Positions 1-9,282 of a stretch of DNA of 64,000 nt are shown piece after piece. The notes under the pieces are model-generated. The model saw nothing but the letters and a program-made list of their open reading frames with translations, made no database searches and was not told the origin of the DNA. Position numbers and translations under genes: made by a program. Each line of letters starts with the position of its first letter. The first letter of the stretch is position 1. The stretch is from Acutalibacteraceae bacterium (GTDB lineage Bacteria; Bacillota; Clostridia; Oscillospirales; Acutalibacteraceae): positions 54,774-118,773 of the forward strand of contig JAZUPB010000035.1 of NCBI GenBank assembly GCA_045604965.1, given 5' to 3'.

Positions 1-1223
1 GGATTGATACCGAGCATAATCTTCATTGCATTTGCAAGTGCGCTTTCCATTGCAAGGATCTCACTGACCTTGTCGGTGAACTGCTCAGGAGTCATTTCAA
101 CATTGACCTCGAAGGTGTCGTTATTATTGACTCTGTCAACAACGATCTGATAGTTGGGCTCGTAGCCTTCCTTGAGAAGTACGGTCTCTATCTGGCTGGG
201 GAATACGTTGACGCCGCGAATAATGAGCATATCGTCAGTTCTGCCCATAGGCTTTGCCATCTTTATAAGTGTACGTCCGCAGGAGCACTTCTTTCTGGAG
301 AGCACGCAGATATCACGGGTACGGTAACGAAGGAGGGGGAATGCTTCTTTATCAAGAGAAGTGAATACAAGTTCGCCCTTTTCGCCTTCCGGAAGAACTT
401 CGCCTGTATCAGGATTGATGATCTCAGCAAGGAAGTGGTCTTCATTGATGTGCATACCTGTCTGCTCGCAGCATTCGAAGGAAACACCCGGGCCGGAGGT
501 CTCGGTCAGACCGTAAATATCATATGCCTTTATGCCGAGAGTATCCTGAATGTTCTGGCGCATTTCCTCTGTCCAGGGCTCAGCGCCGAAAATACCTGCC
601 TTGAGGGGAATATCATCAGGACCGTAGCCCTGTTCCTTGAGAGTCTCACCGATGTATGCAGCGTAAGAGGGTGTACAGCAGAGAATTGTTGCACTGAGGT
701 CGGTCATAAACTGGATCTGACGCTCGGTGTTGCCGGAAGACATAGGGAGAGTCAGACAGCCTACCTTATGAGAACCGCCGTTGAGACCGGGGCCGCCGGT
801 GAAAAGGCCGTAGCCATATGCAACCTGGCAGACATCCTTGTTTGAGCCGCCTGCGGCAACGATAGCACGTGCGCAGCAGTCTTCCCAGAGGTTGACATCA
901 TTCTGGGTGTAGAACGCAACAACTCTGCGTCCTGTTGTACCGGAAGTGGACTGGATTCGTACGCAGTCCTCAAGAGGCTTTGCAAGCAGTCCGTAGGGAT
1001 ATGCATCGCGAAGGTCTGCCTTTGTGAGGAAGGGCAGTTTGTGAAGATCTTCGATGCCGTTGATATCCTCGGGCTTTACACCCTTCTCATCCATAAGATT
1101 ACGATAATAAGCGACATTTTCATATACGTGCTTTACCTGCTTGACCAGTTTTTCTGATTGAAGCTTTTTCATTTCTTCAACAGGCATAGTCTCAATTTCT
1201 CTCTGATAATAATTCTGTTCCAT
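1..1223 (-). CDS. phenylacetate-CoA ligase (PaaK/F390-synthetase) family adenylate-forming enzyme; 3' end runs off the left window edge
   Basis: Hand translation of the minus strand from the ATG at 1221-1223 (RBS AAAGGA upstream). The product starts MEQNYYQREIETMPVEEMKKLQSEKLVKQV and carries STSGTTG, LRYRTRD and IIRGVNVFPSQIE motifs typical of PaaK-type ANL enzymes. The frame stays open to position 1, about 407 aa. It is absent from the ORF track because there is no in-window stop. Confidence 0.75.
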   Translation of the reverse strand, partial: MEQNYYQREIETMPVEEMKKLQSEKLVKQVKHVYENVAYYRNLMDEKGVKPEDINGIEDLHKLPFLTKADLRDAYPYGLLAKPLEDCVRIQSTSGTTGRRVVAFYTQNDVNLWEDCCARAIVAAGGSNKDVCQVAYGYGLFTGGPGLNGGSHKVGCLTLPMSSGNTERQIQFMTDLSATILCCTPSYAAYIGETLKEQGYGPDDIPLKAGIFGAEPWTEEMRQNIQDTLGIKAYDIYGLTETSGPGVSFECCEQTGMHINEDHFLAEIINPDTGEVLPEGEKGELVFTSLDKEAFPLLRYRTRDICVLSRKKCSCGRTLIKMAKPMGRTDDMLIIRGVNVFPSQIETVLLKEGYEPNYQIVVDRVNNNDTFEVNVEMTPEQFTDKVSEILAMESALANAMKIMLGIN

Positions 1224-1365
1224 ATTATATCGTCCTTTCTTCTGAGTTTTCTTATTGATCCATTAAAATTTTCTGCTTTTACAATATTTTGATCGTTTGC
1301 TGTTATCAACGTTCATTCAGCATTGATACTCTTTTTTACCTCCTCAAATTTCAGAATTACGGAGA

Positions 1366-1612
1366 TAAAAAAACGCCCTCCGTATTCTGATTAAGAATAC
1401 AGAGGACGAGAAATTCCCGTGGTACCACCTCAGTTTACCGCTTTCTCACAATCACGGCCTTGGAGAGTGTCAATTAACACCCCTGTCCTGTAACGGGAAC
1501 ACCCGTTGCATCCTACTTAAAACCTCGGTTTTGTTCGGTGCACTGCTCACAGGATGAATTCAGTTCCGATCTCCCCATTGCCTCGCACCAAACGGCAACT
1601 CTCTTAAGGTTC
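1366..1612 (-). promoter_or_regulatory. T-box leader RNA (tRNA-sensing transcription attenuator) upstream of the PaaK-family gene
   Basis: The minus-strand transcript begins with a Stem-I-like AAGAGAGUUGCC. It contains the T-box consensus GAGGUGGUACCACGGG (plus coordinates 1417-1430) immediately 5' of an intrinsic terminator hairpin, CGUCCUCUGUAUUCU-UAAUC-AGAAUACGGAGGGCG followed by U7 (about 1366-1407). The T-box sequence can pair alternatively with the 5' arm of the terminator, which is the antiterminator arrangement. Confidence 0.6.
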
Positions 1613-1761
1613 AACACAGACTTACTGGTTCCTGTTCAAACGCATTTATTTTTCTACAATTTATTTTAATGATGTGAAGTGATAAAATCAAGAGTTTTTT
1701 CAGATTTTTTTGAATTTTTTTGTGAACTTTTTTGATATGCGATAAAATAAAATATTTTTAA

Positions 1762-2688
1762 TCAGTCTGCTTCCGTAAGTTCAACCATTGCTGCGGTAAG
1801 GCATTCAATGTTACGTTCAATGAACACCGTATCATTTTTTGTGTGAATACGGTTCATATAAAGACCAATGACCTTGGAACGGTTTAAGGCAGCTACACCT
1901 ATTCCGTGCTTGAAATTAGTCTGATCGGAAGGATAAAATCCCGATGCTCCGAGTTCAGGTGTCATTCCGCAGTCCTTTATATGCTTTTCCATAACCGCTT
2001 TGAATTTCTTTCCGAATTCGCTTTTGTTGTCTTTTCTTGTAAGCTTTGCAAACATATAATCTCCGTCTGAGACACAGTCAAAATTAATAACAGGCTTTTC
2101 CTTAATTGCATTTTTATGCATTTCTTTGAATGCTGCAGAACCCAAAAGTCCGATCTCCTCATTGTCAAACAGCACAAAGCATACTTTCGAACGCTGCTTA
2201 TCATTCATCGACAGCATTATGTTCAGTACGGTTATAACTCCTGAGGTATTGTCGTTTGCAGTGTGTTTGTTTGCAGGGCCTGCCATAATAAGAATGAGTA
2301 TTCCGAACGCAACCGCATAACCTACCAACGGTGCAAATTCTGTTGAAACAAATTTTGCAAATAAAAAACCTGCACCTACGCCTGCTACCATCATCACAGC
2401 AACAATTAAAAACTGATAAAGCACGTATATTACTATGTTTTTGGGTGTTATAAAATTCGGTATAATCATACGTGCGCAGGTATCATAGTGAGCAGTCATT
2501 ACAGTTTCACACTCTTCGATATCTGCACCCATTACAATATTTCTGCTCATATCCTTTTTCTCAACTGTACACTTTATTCCCTTTTCTTCGCATATTCCCT
2601 TTATGTATTCTATAAAGGCAGTCTTCTGCTTTTTGCTTTTGCGCACCTGATACTTTTCAAAAATCGTGTTTTTTATTTCTGTTATCAT
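1762..2688 (-). CDS. M28-family Zn aminopeptidase-like protein with internal TM segments
   Basis: 308-aa ORF with NDNTSGV and DNEEIGLLGS motifs of M28 peptidases and a central hydrophobic stretch. Confidence 0.6.
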   Translation of the reverse strand: MITEIKNTIFEKYQVRKSKKQKTAFIEYIKGICEEKGIKCTVEKKDMSRNIVMGADIEECETVMTAHYDTCARMIIPNFITPKNIVIYVLYQFLIVAVMMVAGVGAGFLFAKFVSTEFAPLVGYAVAFGILILIMAGPANKHTANDNTSGVITVLNIMLSMNDKQRSKVCFVLFDNEEIGLLGSAAFKEMHKNAIKEKPVINFDCVSDGDYMFAKLTRKDNKSEFGKKFKAVMEKHIKDCGMTPELGASGFYPSDQTNFKHGIGVAALNRSKVIGLYMNRIHTKNDTVFIERNIECLTAAMVELTEAD

Positions 2689-2764
2689 ATTTATCCCCCT
2701 CTTTTCTTTTTGAAATTATATCATACTTCTCTGCAATGTCAATAAATATACATAATCTTTGCAT

Positions 2765-2806
2765 GCAAAAACGGCGAACCGTTTTCACATTTTCACGGCT
2801 CGCCGT
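2765..2806 (-). terminator. intrinsic terminator downstream of HD-domain gene
   Basis: ACGGCGAACCG / CGGCTCGCCGT inverted repeat (one mismatch) followed by a U-run on the minus strand. Confidence 0.5.
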
Positions 2807-2812
2807 TTTACC

Positions 2813-3451
2813 CTATTTATCGTCTCCGTTCCATTCCGTATAAAATTCTTTCAAAAACTGCAGCATAAACTTATGGCGTTTCTCTGCGATATTTTTTGCA
2901 GTTTGGGTGTTCATTAGGTCACGCAGAAGAAGAAGTTTTTCATAAAAATGATTTATTGTTGTTCCCTCTTTGCTTCTGTATTCCCCTTCATCCATATGCT
3001 CTCGCGGAGGTACTTCAGGATCGTACATTTTACGCTCCCTGTTTCCACCATATGCAAAGGCACGTGCTATTCCAACTGCACCGATAGCATCCAGCCTGTC
3101 CGCATCCTGAACAATTCTGCCTTCCAGCGAACCAGGAACAGACGAACCGCTCCCTTTAAATGACAATTGACCTATAATATCCAGCACTTTGGTCTGAACT
3201 TCCTCCGAATATCCATATTCATTCATAATGCGTATTGCATTTCGGTCGTTTTCGCTAAATAACTTCACATCATCAACGTCGTGAAGAAGAGCCGCGAGCA
3301 CTGTTACATCAACATTCGCCCCCTCTATTTCTGCAATATATTTTGCCATATCAGCAACTCTTGATATGTGAAAATAATCGTGTCCGGTACAATCATTTTT
3401 CAACAACTTTTTTATTTCATTTACAACTCCCTGTTCTATCATAATGCTCAC
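2813..3451 (-). CDS. HD-domain phosphohydrolase
   Basis: 212-aa ORF with an H..HD…D metal-binding pattern (YFHISRV, LLHDVDD, QDADRLDA). Confidence 0.7.
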   Translation of the reverse strand: MSIMIEQGVVNEIKKLLKNDCTGHDYFHISRVADMAKYIAEIEGANVDVTVLAALLHDVDDVKLFSENDRNAIRIMNEYGYSEEVQTKVLDIIGQLSFKGSGSSVPGSLEGRIVQDADRLDAIGAVGIARAFAYGGNRERKMYDPEVPPREHMDEGEYRSKEGTTINHFYEKLLLLRDLMNTQTAKNIAEKRHKFMLQFLKEFYTEWNGDDK

Positions 3452-3499
3452 CTCTTTTGGTCTATTTTGTCACAACATCAAAACATCTTTCCTCAGTAT

Positions 3500-4114
3500 T
3501 CATTTCCTGACAATTGTCAGTGAAAAATCGCATCTTTCGTTATTCTCCAACGTATATTCCCGTTTAAATTCTATTTTCGAAAGATTGCCAAAGCAATATG
3601 CATCACTGTCACAAAATGTGTGTATGAGTTCAGGACATCCGCATTCTCTGCAATATCTGCAGTAGGGACAGTCAAGGATGTCGAATTTCACTGTATTTTT
3701 CGGTGTCTGATAAAAAGTTTGCTTGAATCCCTTTTTTTCACCGAACTGCTCTTTCGCTGCGAACGAAAATATTCTGAGAAAAACACTTTTCATAAATGGC
3801 AAAGCGGTTATCTTTCTCATCATTTCCCCTGCCTTTTTACCCTCTGAATATATCAGTTTGTCAATCAAAGGCATCGCATCTGAATTCATTTCTTCTTTCA
3901 TAGCGCGATATATTGCAGCTCTTGGGAATATGTACCTGTGAGTATGGTCTCTTTCGCCTTTTGGAACATTTGCAAATTTTACATATAATTTTTCAAGTTC
4001 ATCTTCAGCTTCTTTGAATATTTTCTCCGCTTTGGCTATGCTGTATCGCTCGGCTATCATATTGTAAAGGGTTTTATAGCTTTTATCAATCTTAAAAAAC
4101 TTTGACTTGAACAA
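3500..4114 (-). CDS. hypothetical protein with C-terminal Cys cluster (CPYCRYCRECGCP)
   Basis: 204-aa ORF, last gene of the LytTR operon. A Cys-rich C-terminus suggests metal binding. The family is not assigned. Confidence 0.45.
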   Translation of the reverse strand: MFKSKFFKIDKSYKTLYNMIAERYSIAKAEKIFKEAEDELEKLYVKFANVPKGERDHTHRYIFPRAAIYRAMKEEMNSDAMPLIDKLIYSEGKKAGEMMRKITALPFMKSVFLRIFSFAAKEQFGEKKGFKQTFYQTPKNTVKFDILDCPYCRYCRECGCPELIHTFCDSDAYCFGNLSKIEFKREYTLENNERCDFSLTIVRK

Positions 4115-4128
4115 CTATATTTCACTCC

Positions 4129-4626
4129 TTATAACACAAAATGAATCACAAGCCCGCAGAGGCAGGCTACAGGAATTCCTATGAGCACCCCGAAAAAACC
4201 ATCCTTTATGCCTTTCTTCCAATTGGATGCGTATTCTTTATCCATATCTTCAGTACCGGGTAGTCTTACCTTTTTCCAATGCGCAAATACGCCTATATCA
4301 AGAATCACTGTGTCAAATATGTTTACAACAGTCCAGATAACATAGCTGTATATGGCGCCGATGAGAAAATTTCTTGCTCCTGCAAAATACGCCATTGCAG
4401 ATAGAGCTGCAGTAAACAACAGACACACCAACAATTTTGCAATTATCAGACCTACAGTCTGTTTTGTTTTTTCTTTCGCTTTAAAATTCGGATTTCGTTC
4501 AATAAACCGCTCTCTGACTTCCGGTGCATATTCGTGAATCCACGCTTCCTTATTTGCAAGTGTCGAACCGACTATAGCCATTCCGAAAACTATACAAGCT
4601 GCCACACATTCTATTGCCAGTATCAT
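4129..4626 (-). CDS. small integral membrane protein
   Basis: 165-aa ORF with 4 predicted hydrophobic helices. The 14-nt gap to the neighbouring gene suggests the same operon. Confidence 0.5.
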   Translation of the reverse strand: MILAIECVAACIVFGMAIVGSTLANKEAWIHEYAPEVRERFIERNPNFKAKEKTKQTVGLIIAKLLVCLLFTAALSAMAYFAGARNFLIGAIYSYVIWTVVNIFDTVILDIGVFAHWKKVRLPGTEDMDKEYASNWKKGIKDGFFGVLIGIPVACLCGLVIHFVL

Positions 4627-4639
4627 CTTATCTCTCCTG

Positions 4640-5083
4640 TCAGTTAGTCTTTTTATTTTTGAATTCTTCCAGTTCGCGGTTAAGTTCCTTTGTGCTTACC
4701 GAACGTCTGAAGCTGTACAGCCAATATGTACATCCGTAGCAGCCGATTACAAAAACCAGAAAAGCAGCTGTTATTATTATATTTCTGTCAAACCATCCAA
4801 GCAGCCAGCTCATAAACGTATACACCACTGAGCATAAAACCGCCTTTATTACTGCTTTGAATGTGATACTTTCGGATTCATCAAAATTCTGCAGAAGGAA
4901 AACCTGAACAAATCCCATTGCATATGTCGCTGCTATCATTTCAAGAATTACTATTATATCTGCATCAAAGCTTCCCTTTATTATCTGATAACCCATATAG
5001 AAAAAAAGCATAGAATAAAAATACAGCGCCGCTTTGAATTCTATTCCAATTTCAGCGGCAAAAAATTTTTCTATCTTTTTCAT
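4640..5083 (-). CDS. DUF3021-like membrane protein (LytTR partner)
   Basis: 147-aa polytopic ORF 2 nt downstream of the LytTR gene. This is the common LytTR + DUF3021 arrangement. Confidence 0.55.
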   Translation of the reverse strand: MKKIEKFFAAEIGIEFKAALYFYSMLFFYMGYQIIKGSFDADIIVILEMIAATYAMGFVQVFLLQNFDESESITFKAVIKAVLCSVVYTFMSWLLGWFDRNIIITAAFLVFVIGCYGCTYWLYSFRRSVSTKELNRELEEFKNKKTN

Positions 5084-5085
5084 TA

Positions 5086-5523
5086 TTACTCTCCTTTCAG
5101 TATGCTTCTCAGAGCCTTTACATATCGTCTGGAAATTATTACGTGCTCTCCGTTGTCCATTGTCACGTCTACCCTGTTTCCGGATATACTTTTCAAATAA
5201 GATATATGGTATATATTTATCACCATAGATTTACTGCATCTGAAAAAACCGTCCGAAGAATATGTATTTTCTGCAGCTGCAAGTGTGAGCAGTGTTTTTG
5301 CTACCTTATCCTTCATATATACATAAACAGTATTATCCACGCTCTCAAGATACAGAACATCCTCCGGCGAGATAAGCATTCTTATTCCTTCTGACTCTGC
5401 GTATATCTTGTCTCTGCGCATTTTGATGCTTTGTATTAGCGATTCAATTTCTTCTGTTCTTTCTCTGTAACGTATGATAACTTCATTTTCTCCCTCTGTT
5501 ATCTGCTCAAGAGTGATTTTCAA
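5086..5523 (-). CDS. LytTR-family DNA-binding protein (no receiver domain)
   Basis: 145-aa ORF. The C-terminal half has the LytTR beta-fold signature (…FFRCSKSMVINIYHISYL…). Confidence 0.7.
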   Translation of the reverse strand: MKITLEQITEGENEVIIRYRERTEEIESLIQSIKMRRDKIYAESEGIRMLISPEDVLYLESVDNTVYVYMKDKVAKTLLTLAAAENTYSSDGFFRCSKSMVINIYHISYLKSISGNRVDVTMDNGEHVIISRRYVKALRSILKGE

Positions 5524-5639
5524 TTATATCTCCCCTCTTTTTTACTGTATTTTCAATTTTATATTAATTCTGACAAATTGCAATCTGCTTGCCTGTAAGA
5601 TGCACTTTTCGGTATAGTAAGCGGTTATCTGCAATAAAG

Positions 5640-5690
5640 GCAATATTAAAAGAGCCCGGCATATATTTACACCTGTCGGGCTCTTTAATT
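5640..5690 (-). terminator. intrinsic terminator after anti-sigma gene
   Basis: GAGCCCGGC…CGGGCTC hairpin followed by UUUUAAUAUU on the minus strand. Confidence 0.5.
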
Positions 5691-5701
5691 TTATTTCCGT
5701 T

Positions 5702-7003
5702 TCAGACACATATATCGGTTATCTGTTCAAAAAGCCACTCCGGACCAACGCCCTTTGAGCTTATACTAATTAACATTCCTTCGTACTTTATACAGAATTT
5801 CATTCTCCATCCGTCGCTGTCTCCTGTTTCTCCTGTCTTATACGCTCTGGCATACACAGCCTCCTTCGTAAGCTCCTCGGCCAGAAAAATAGGATCCTCG
5901 ACTATCTCTCTTAATTCTTCCGGTACAGATTGAGCTCGCGGAATCGGATACAATGAAAGGTCATAATTTTCCGTTTTGTCAATATCTGTTATTCTTTTAG
6001 TATCTTCATCTGAAAAAAATGTTATTTTCCAGCTCAGTTCATCGTATCCTCTTGTCCAAAGACCCGATAAATAGTCATTGTTTTGATCTTTATATCTGCG
6101 TATTGATTCTGCTGAAAATCCATTCGGCGGGTTATTGAGCATATATCGCCCGAATAATTTATCCTGCAACGCTTCATCTAACGTTATCTTTCTGTCAAAG
6201 TATTCGGGAATTTCTTTCGGTACAATAAAATCAACATTGGGCTCACCTTCATTGTAGCCTGAAAAACATTGAAGCATTGTACTGAGATCGTTTATTTCTT
6301 CTCCGTTTGAACCACCTGTTGTTTCAACATAAAAAGCAAAATAAAGACCGTTTCTCTCAGTAAATGCATCAAGACATTTCCTGTTTTTACCAATTTTATA
6401 TTCGTAAATAAAAAACTCTTGTCCGTTTACTATTGATTTTACAGGCTCAAACGAAGTCTCATAGCATCGCGATGATTCAGAACGTGAAATATTTACTGTA
6501 ACAGAATCTGGGTATTGGGATAAAACCGCGTCAATAAAAATATCGACAAGCGTCCCTTCCGCATCAAAGCCAGCATATCCAGTACAGCTTATCCCCCAAT
6601 CCGGTCTATGCATTAATCTCTCGATTTGATCTTTACTCAGCTCTTCAGTAAAGTATCCCGGAATATATTTCCGCGCTCCATCCATAAACCCATCTGCTTT
6701 ATTTATGTTTATCTCCGGCGGTTCATCTATCTGGAGGTCTGGAATTATATTCACCGGTGGATATGCATCCGGTTCTTCTGTGCGCTCCATCGTGCCGTTG
6801 GGGCTTGGCACAGGTAGTAACGAAGGCTCTTTATGACCTTTTCCGGATATGGCTGCAAATGCCACTACAGCAAAACACATACAAACTGCAATCCATATCC
6901 ATCTCCACGAAAATGCCTTTGAATTTCTATATTCAATCTCTGCCGTTTCTATGTATTTTGGATCAATAAGCTCCATCTTATCGAGCAACTCATTTCCTCT
7001 CAT
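5702..7003 (-). CDS. anti-sigma factor, single-pass membrane protein with large extracytoplasmic domain
   Basis: 433-aa ORF overlapping the ECF sigma stop by 4 nt (ATGA). It has an N-terminal cytoplasmic segment, then a TM helix (WRWIWIAVCMCFAVVAFAAI), then a roughly 370-aa external domain. Confidence 0.6.
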   Translation of the reverse strand: MRGNELLDKMELIDPKYIETAEIEYRNSKAFSWRWIWIAVCMCFAVVAFAAISGKGHKEPSLLPVPSPNGTMERTEEPDAYPPVNIIPDLQIDEPPEININKADGFMDGARKYIPGYFTEELSKDQIERLMHRPDWGISCTGYAGFDAEGTLVDIFIDAVLSQYPDSVTVNISRSESSRCYETSFEPVKSIVNGQEFFIYEYKIGKNRKCLDAFTERNGLYFAFYVETTGGSNGEEINDLSTMLQCFSGYNEGEPNVDFIVPKEIPEYFDRKITLDEALQDKLFGRYMLNNPPNGFSAESIRRYKDQNNDYLSGLWTRGYDELSWKITFFSDEDTKRITDIDKTENYDLSLYPIPRAQSVPEELREIVEDPIFLAEELTKEAVYARAYKTGETGDSDGWRMKFCIKYEGMLISISSKGVGPEWLFEQITDICV

Positions 7004-7569
7004 AATTCATAGCCCTCCTTCTCAAGAAATTCTCTGAGCTTTTTCCTGCATCGGTACAATTGTGTTTTCACTTTGCTCTGCGATAAACCAAAACGTCTTG
7101 ATATTGACTTTATAGAATCAATATACCAATATCTGCGAATGAATATATTTCTGTTTTCATCATCTAATAAGGCAATGAATTCATTTATCAGTCTGCAAAG
7201 TGTCTGTTCATCCACTTTGCATTCCGTATCGTTCGGTGACGATATACATTGTTCCATTTCTGCACTTAGACAACTTACAAAAGCTTTGCGTTTTAGCTTG
7301 TTTTGTTCACGGCATCGATTTAGGGACACACGACGAACTATACAGGCAAGATACTGATATAAATGCCCTCTGGGTTCGCTCGGCGGTATCGATTCCCACG
7401 CTTTTTCATAGGTATCGTTTTCACATTCTTCTGCAGTACGCAAGTCCTTTACAATACCTAAAGACAAGTCTTTCAGTCTGCTTCCGTATTTCTCCGATGT
7501 CATAACAAGAGCGGATTCGTCGCGCATTAAATACAAGTCGATGATTTTATTATCGTCCAAAGCCTCCAA
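7000..7569 (-). CDS. ECF (sigma-70 family group IV) RNA polymerase sigma factor
   Basis: 189-aa ORF with region 2 (…YEKAWESIP…) and a region 4 helix-turn-helix (…SISRRFGLSQSKVKTQLYRCRKKLREFL). Confidence 0.75.
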   Translation of the reverse strand: MEALDDNKIIDLYLMRDESALVMTSEKYGSRLKDLSLGIVKDLRTAEECENDTYEKAWESIPPSEPRGHLYQYLACIVRRVSLNRCREQNKLKRKAFVSCLSAEMEQCISSPNDTECKVDEQTLCRLINEFIALLDDENRNIFIRRYWYIDSIKSISRRFGLSQSKVKTQLYRCRKKLREFLEKEGYEL

Positions 7570-7654
7570 CTCCTTTCCTTAACATTAAATGCCTTCACTT
7601 ATATAAACACCATTTTTTCTTTTTGGTCACAATAATTTTCCTCTTTTATGATTT

Positions 7655-7695
7655 TAAAAAGGAGCTTTTGCATATACTCTGCAAAAGCTCCCTCT
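7655..7695 (-). terminator. intrinsic terminator after HD-GYP gene
   Basis: GGAGCTTTTGCA / TGCAAAAGCTCC 12-bp inverted repeat followed by a U-run on the minus strand. Confidence 0.55.
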
Positions 7696-7700
7696 GTTTT

Positions 7701-9128
7701 TTATTCTCCGATGGTTATTACATTCTGCTTTATAAGCTTCATAAGATGCTCTATAACTTCCGGATCGAACTGCTTTCCTTTGTTTTCATCCAGTTCTTTG
7801 AGTATCTCATCTCTGTTCATCTGAGGTCTGTAGCATCTGCTGCTGTTCATTGCGTCCAGAGCATCTGCCACGCAGATTATCCTTGCTATAAGCGGGATAT
7901 CTTCACCGCTCAGGCCCTTCGGATATCCATTGCCATCATATCTTTCGTGGTGATAAAGAACTCCGAGATCAATACCCTTGATAGATGTGAAATCTCTGAG
8001 CATCTTTTCGCCGTATGTCGTATGACTCTTTATGATCTCATATTCTTCCTCGGTAAGCTTGCCCGGTTTGCGAAGAATGTTCGCCGGGATCGAAATCTTA
8101 CCGCAGTCGTGCATCAGCGCTATGTAGTATATGCGGTTGCACTCTCTCGGCGAGTATCCCATTTCGACCGCCAACGCATAGGCTATCTTTGCAACTCGCT
8201 CTGAATGACCTTTTGTGCTCGGATCCTTAGCCTCTATAAAGTTGATGAATGTGTTTATCGACTGCTCAATGATCTGTGCGTCGTGCTTCTGCTGCCGCAG
8301 CAATGTCCTTACCCTTATCTGAGATATCAGCATTGCGGTGAGCAAAATAAGCCAAAGTGCATCCAATCCCGCCAGCACTATAAACAGCGGTGAGCCCCAA
8401 GGATTTCTCTGCAGATAATAGCTGAATGTTGCATTCTCAAAATCCACAAGGTAATCAAGCCCCTGATTTGGAATATAGACTATAAATCCCACCAGCGCCT
8501 TGCTTTTTACTTCCGCGCTGTTGCTCGGCGGATCAAGCGGCATTTCGTTGTCCGCTTTGCTTGGGTGGTATATGATGCTGTCGCCTGGATTTAACGGTAT
8601 CATCGGTCCTGTGTGATCAATATAGTAATCGAGAATAATTTCCTTTTTTGTATATTCTCTTAAATCAAGCACCTGAATCAATTCACTGCCGCTCGTGGTC
8701 TGCTTAAACTCCATCGTGCCGTTCCACGCATTGTTTATCCAGACAAACTCCGGCATATACAGTTCCATTTTCCAATCTGTTATCCTTGCTTTGGAGGTAT
8801 TGTCCAAAATCAGTTCGTAAATTATTCCTACACTCGGTCCGTGAAGTTCATTTCCTTCTTCGTCGAGTATGGGATCCTTTAGCCACGCTCCGGAATCTCC
8901 TCCTCGCGGGCCTATCTGTGCGGTAAAATCATCCAGCACATATTTTTCTCCGTCAAAAGCAGTTTCCGACAGCTCTGCGCTGTGCATTATCTTATTGTTA
9001 TACTGAACCCAAATATAGACACCCAGTATGCACAATGATGTGATAACAACAGCGACTGTGAGAATTCCGATTAAAACCTTTTCTTTTGTAATCGCTTTCA
9101 TACTGTTGTCATCACCTACCTTCTTCAT
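7701..9128 (-). CDS. membrane-anchored HD-GYP phosphodiesterase (c-di-GMP signalling) with periplasmic sensor domain
   Basis: 475-aa ORF with TM1, a roughly 230-aa external domain, TM2, then an HD-GYP domain (HDCGK…HHERYDGNGYP). Confidence 0.75.
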   Translation of the reverse strand: MKKVGDDNSMKAITKEKVLIGILTVAVVITSLCILGVYIWVQYNNKIMHSAELSETAFDGEKYVLDDFTAQIGPRGGDSGAWLKDPILDEEGNELHGPSVGIIYELILDNTSKARITDWKMELYMPEFVWINNAWNGTMEFKQTTSGSELIQVLDLREYTKKEIILDYYIDHTGPMIPLNPGDSIIYHPSKADNEMPLDPPSNSAEVKSKALVGFIVYIPNQGLDYLVDFENATFSYYLQRNPWGSPLFIVLAGLDALWLILLTAMLISQIRVRTLLRQQKHDAQIIEQSINTFINFIEAKDPSTKGHSERVAKIAYALAVEMGYSPRECNRIYYIALMHDCGKISIPANILRKPGKLTEEEYEIIKSHTTYGEKMLRDFTSIKGIDLGVLYHHERYDGNGYPKGLSGEDIPLIARIICVADALDAMNSSRCYRPQMNRDEILKELDENKGKQFDPEVIEHLMKLIKQNVITIGE

Positions 9129-9282
9129 AAATTAATATCTTTTATTTACAGTTCATCTCCATTATATTCATTATACATCGCATTCGAACTCTTTGCAATA
9201 TATTACTCAAAAAAGAACTATTCATATGAGTTTTTTGTTAATTTACACAACAAACATACATCCTGTTTTCCTTATTTGACAA

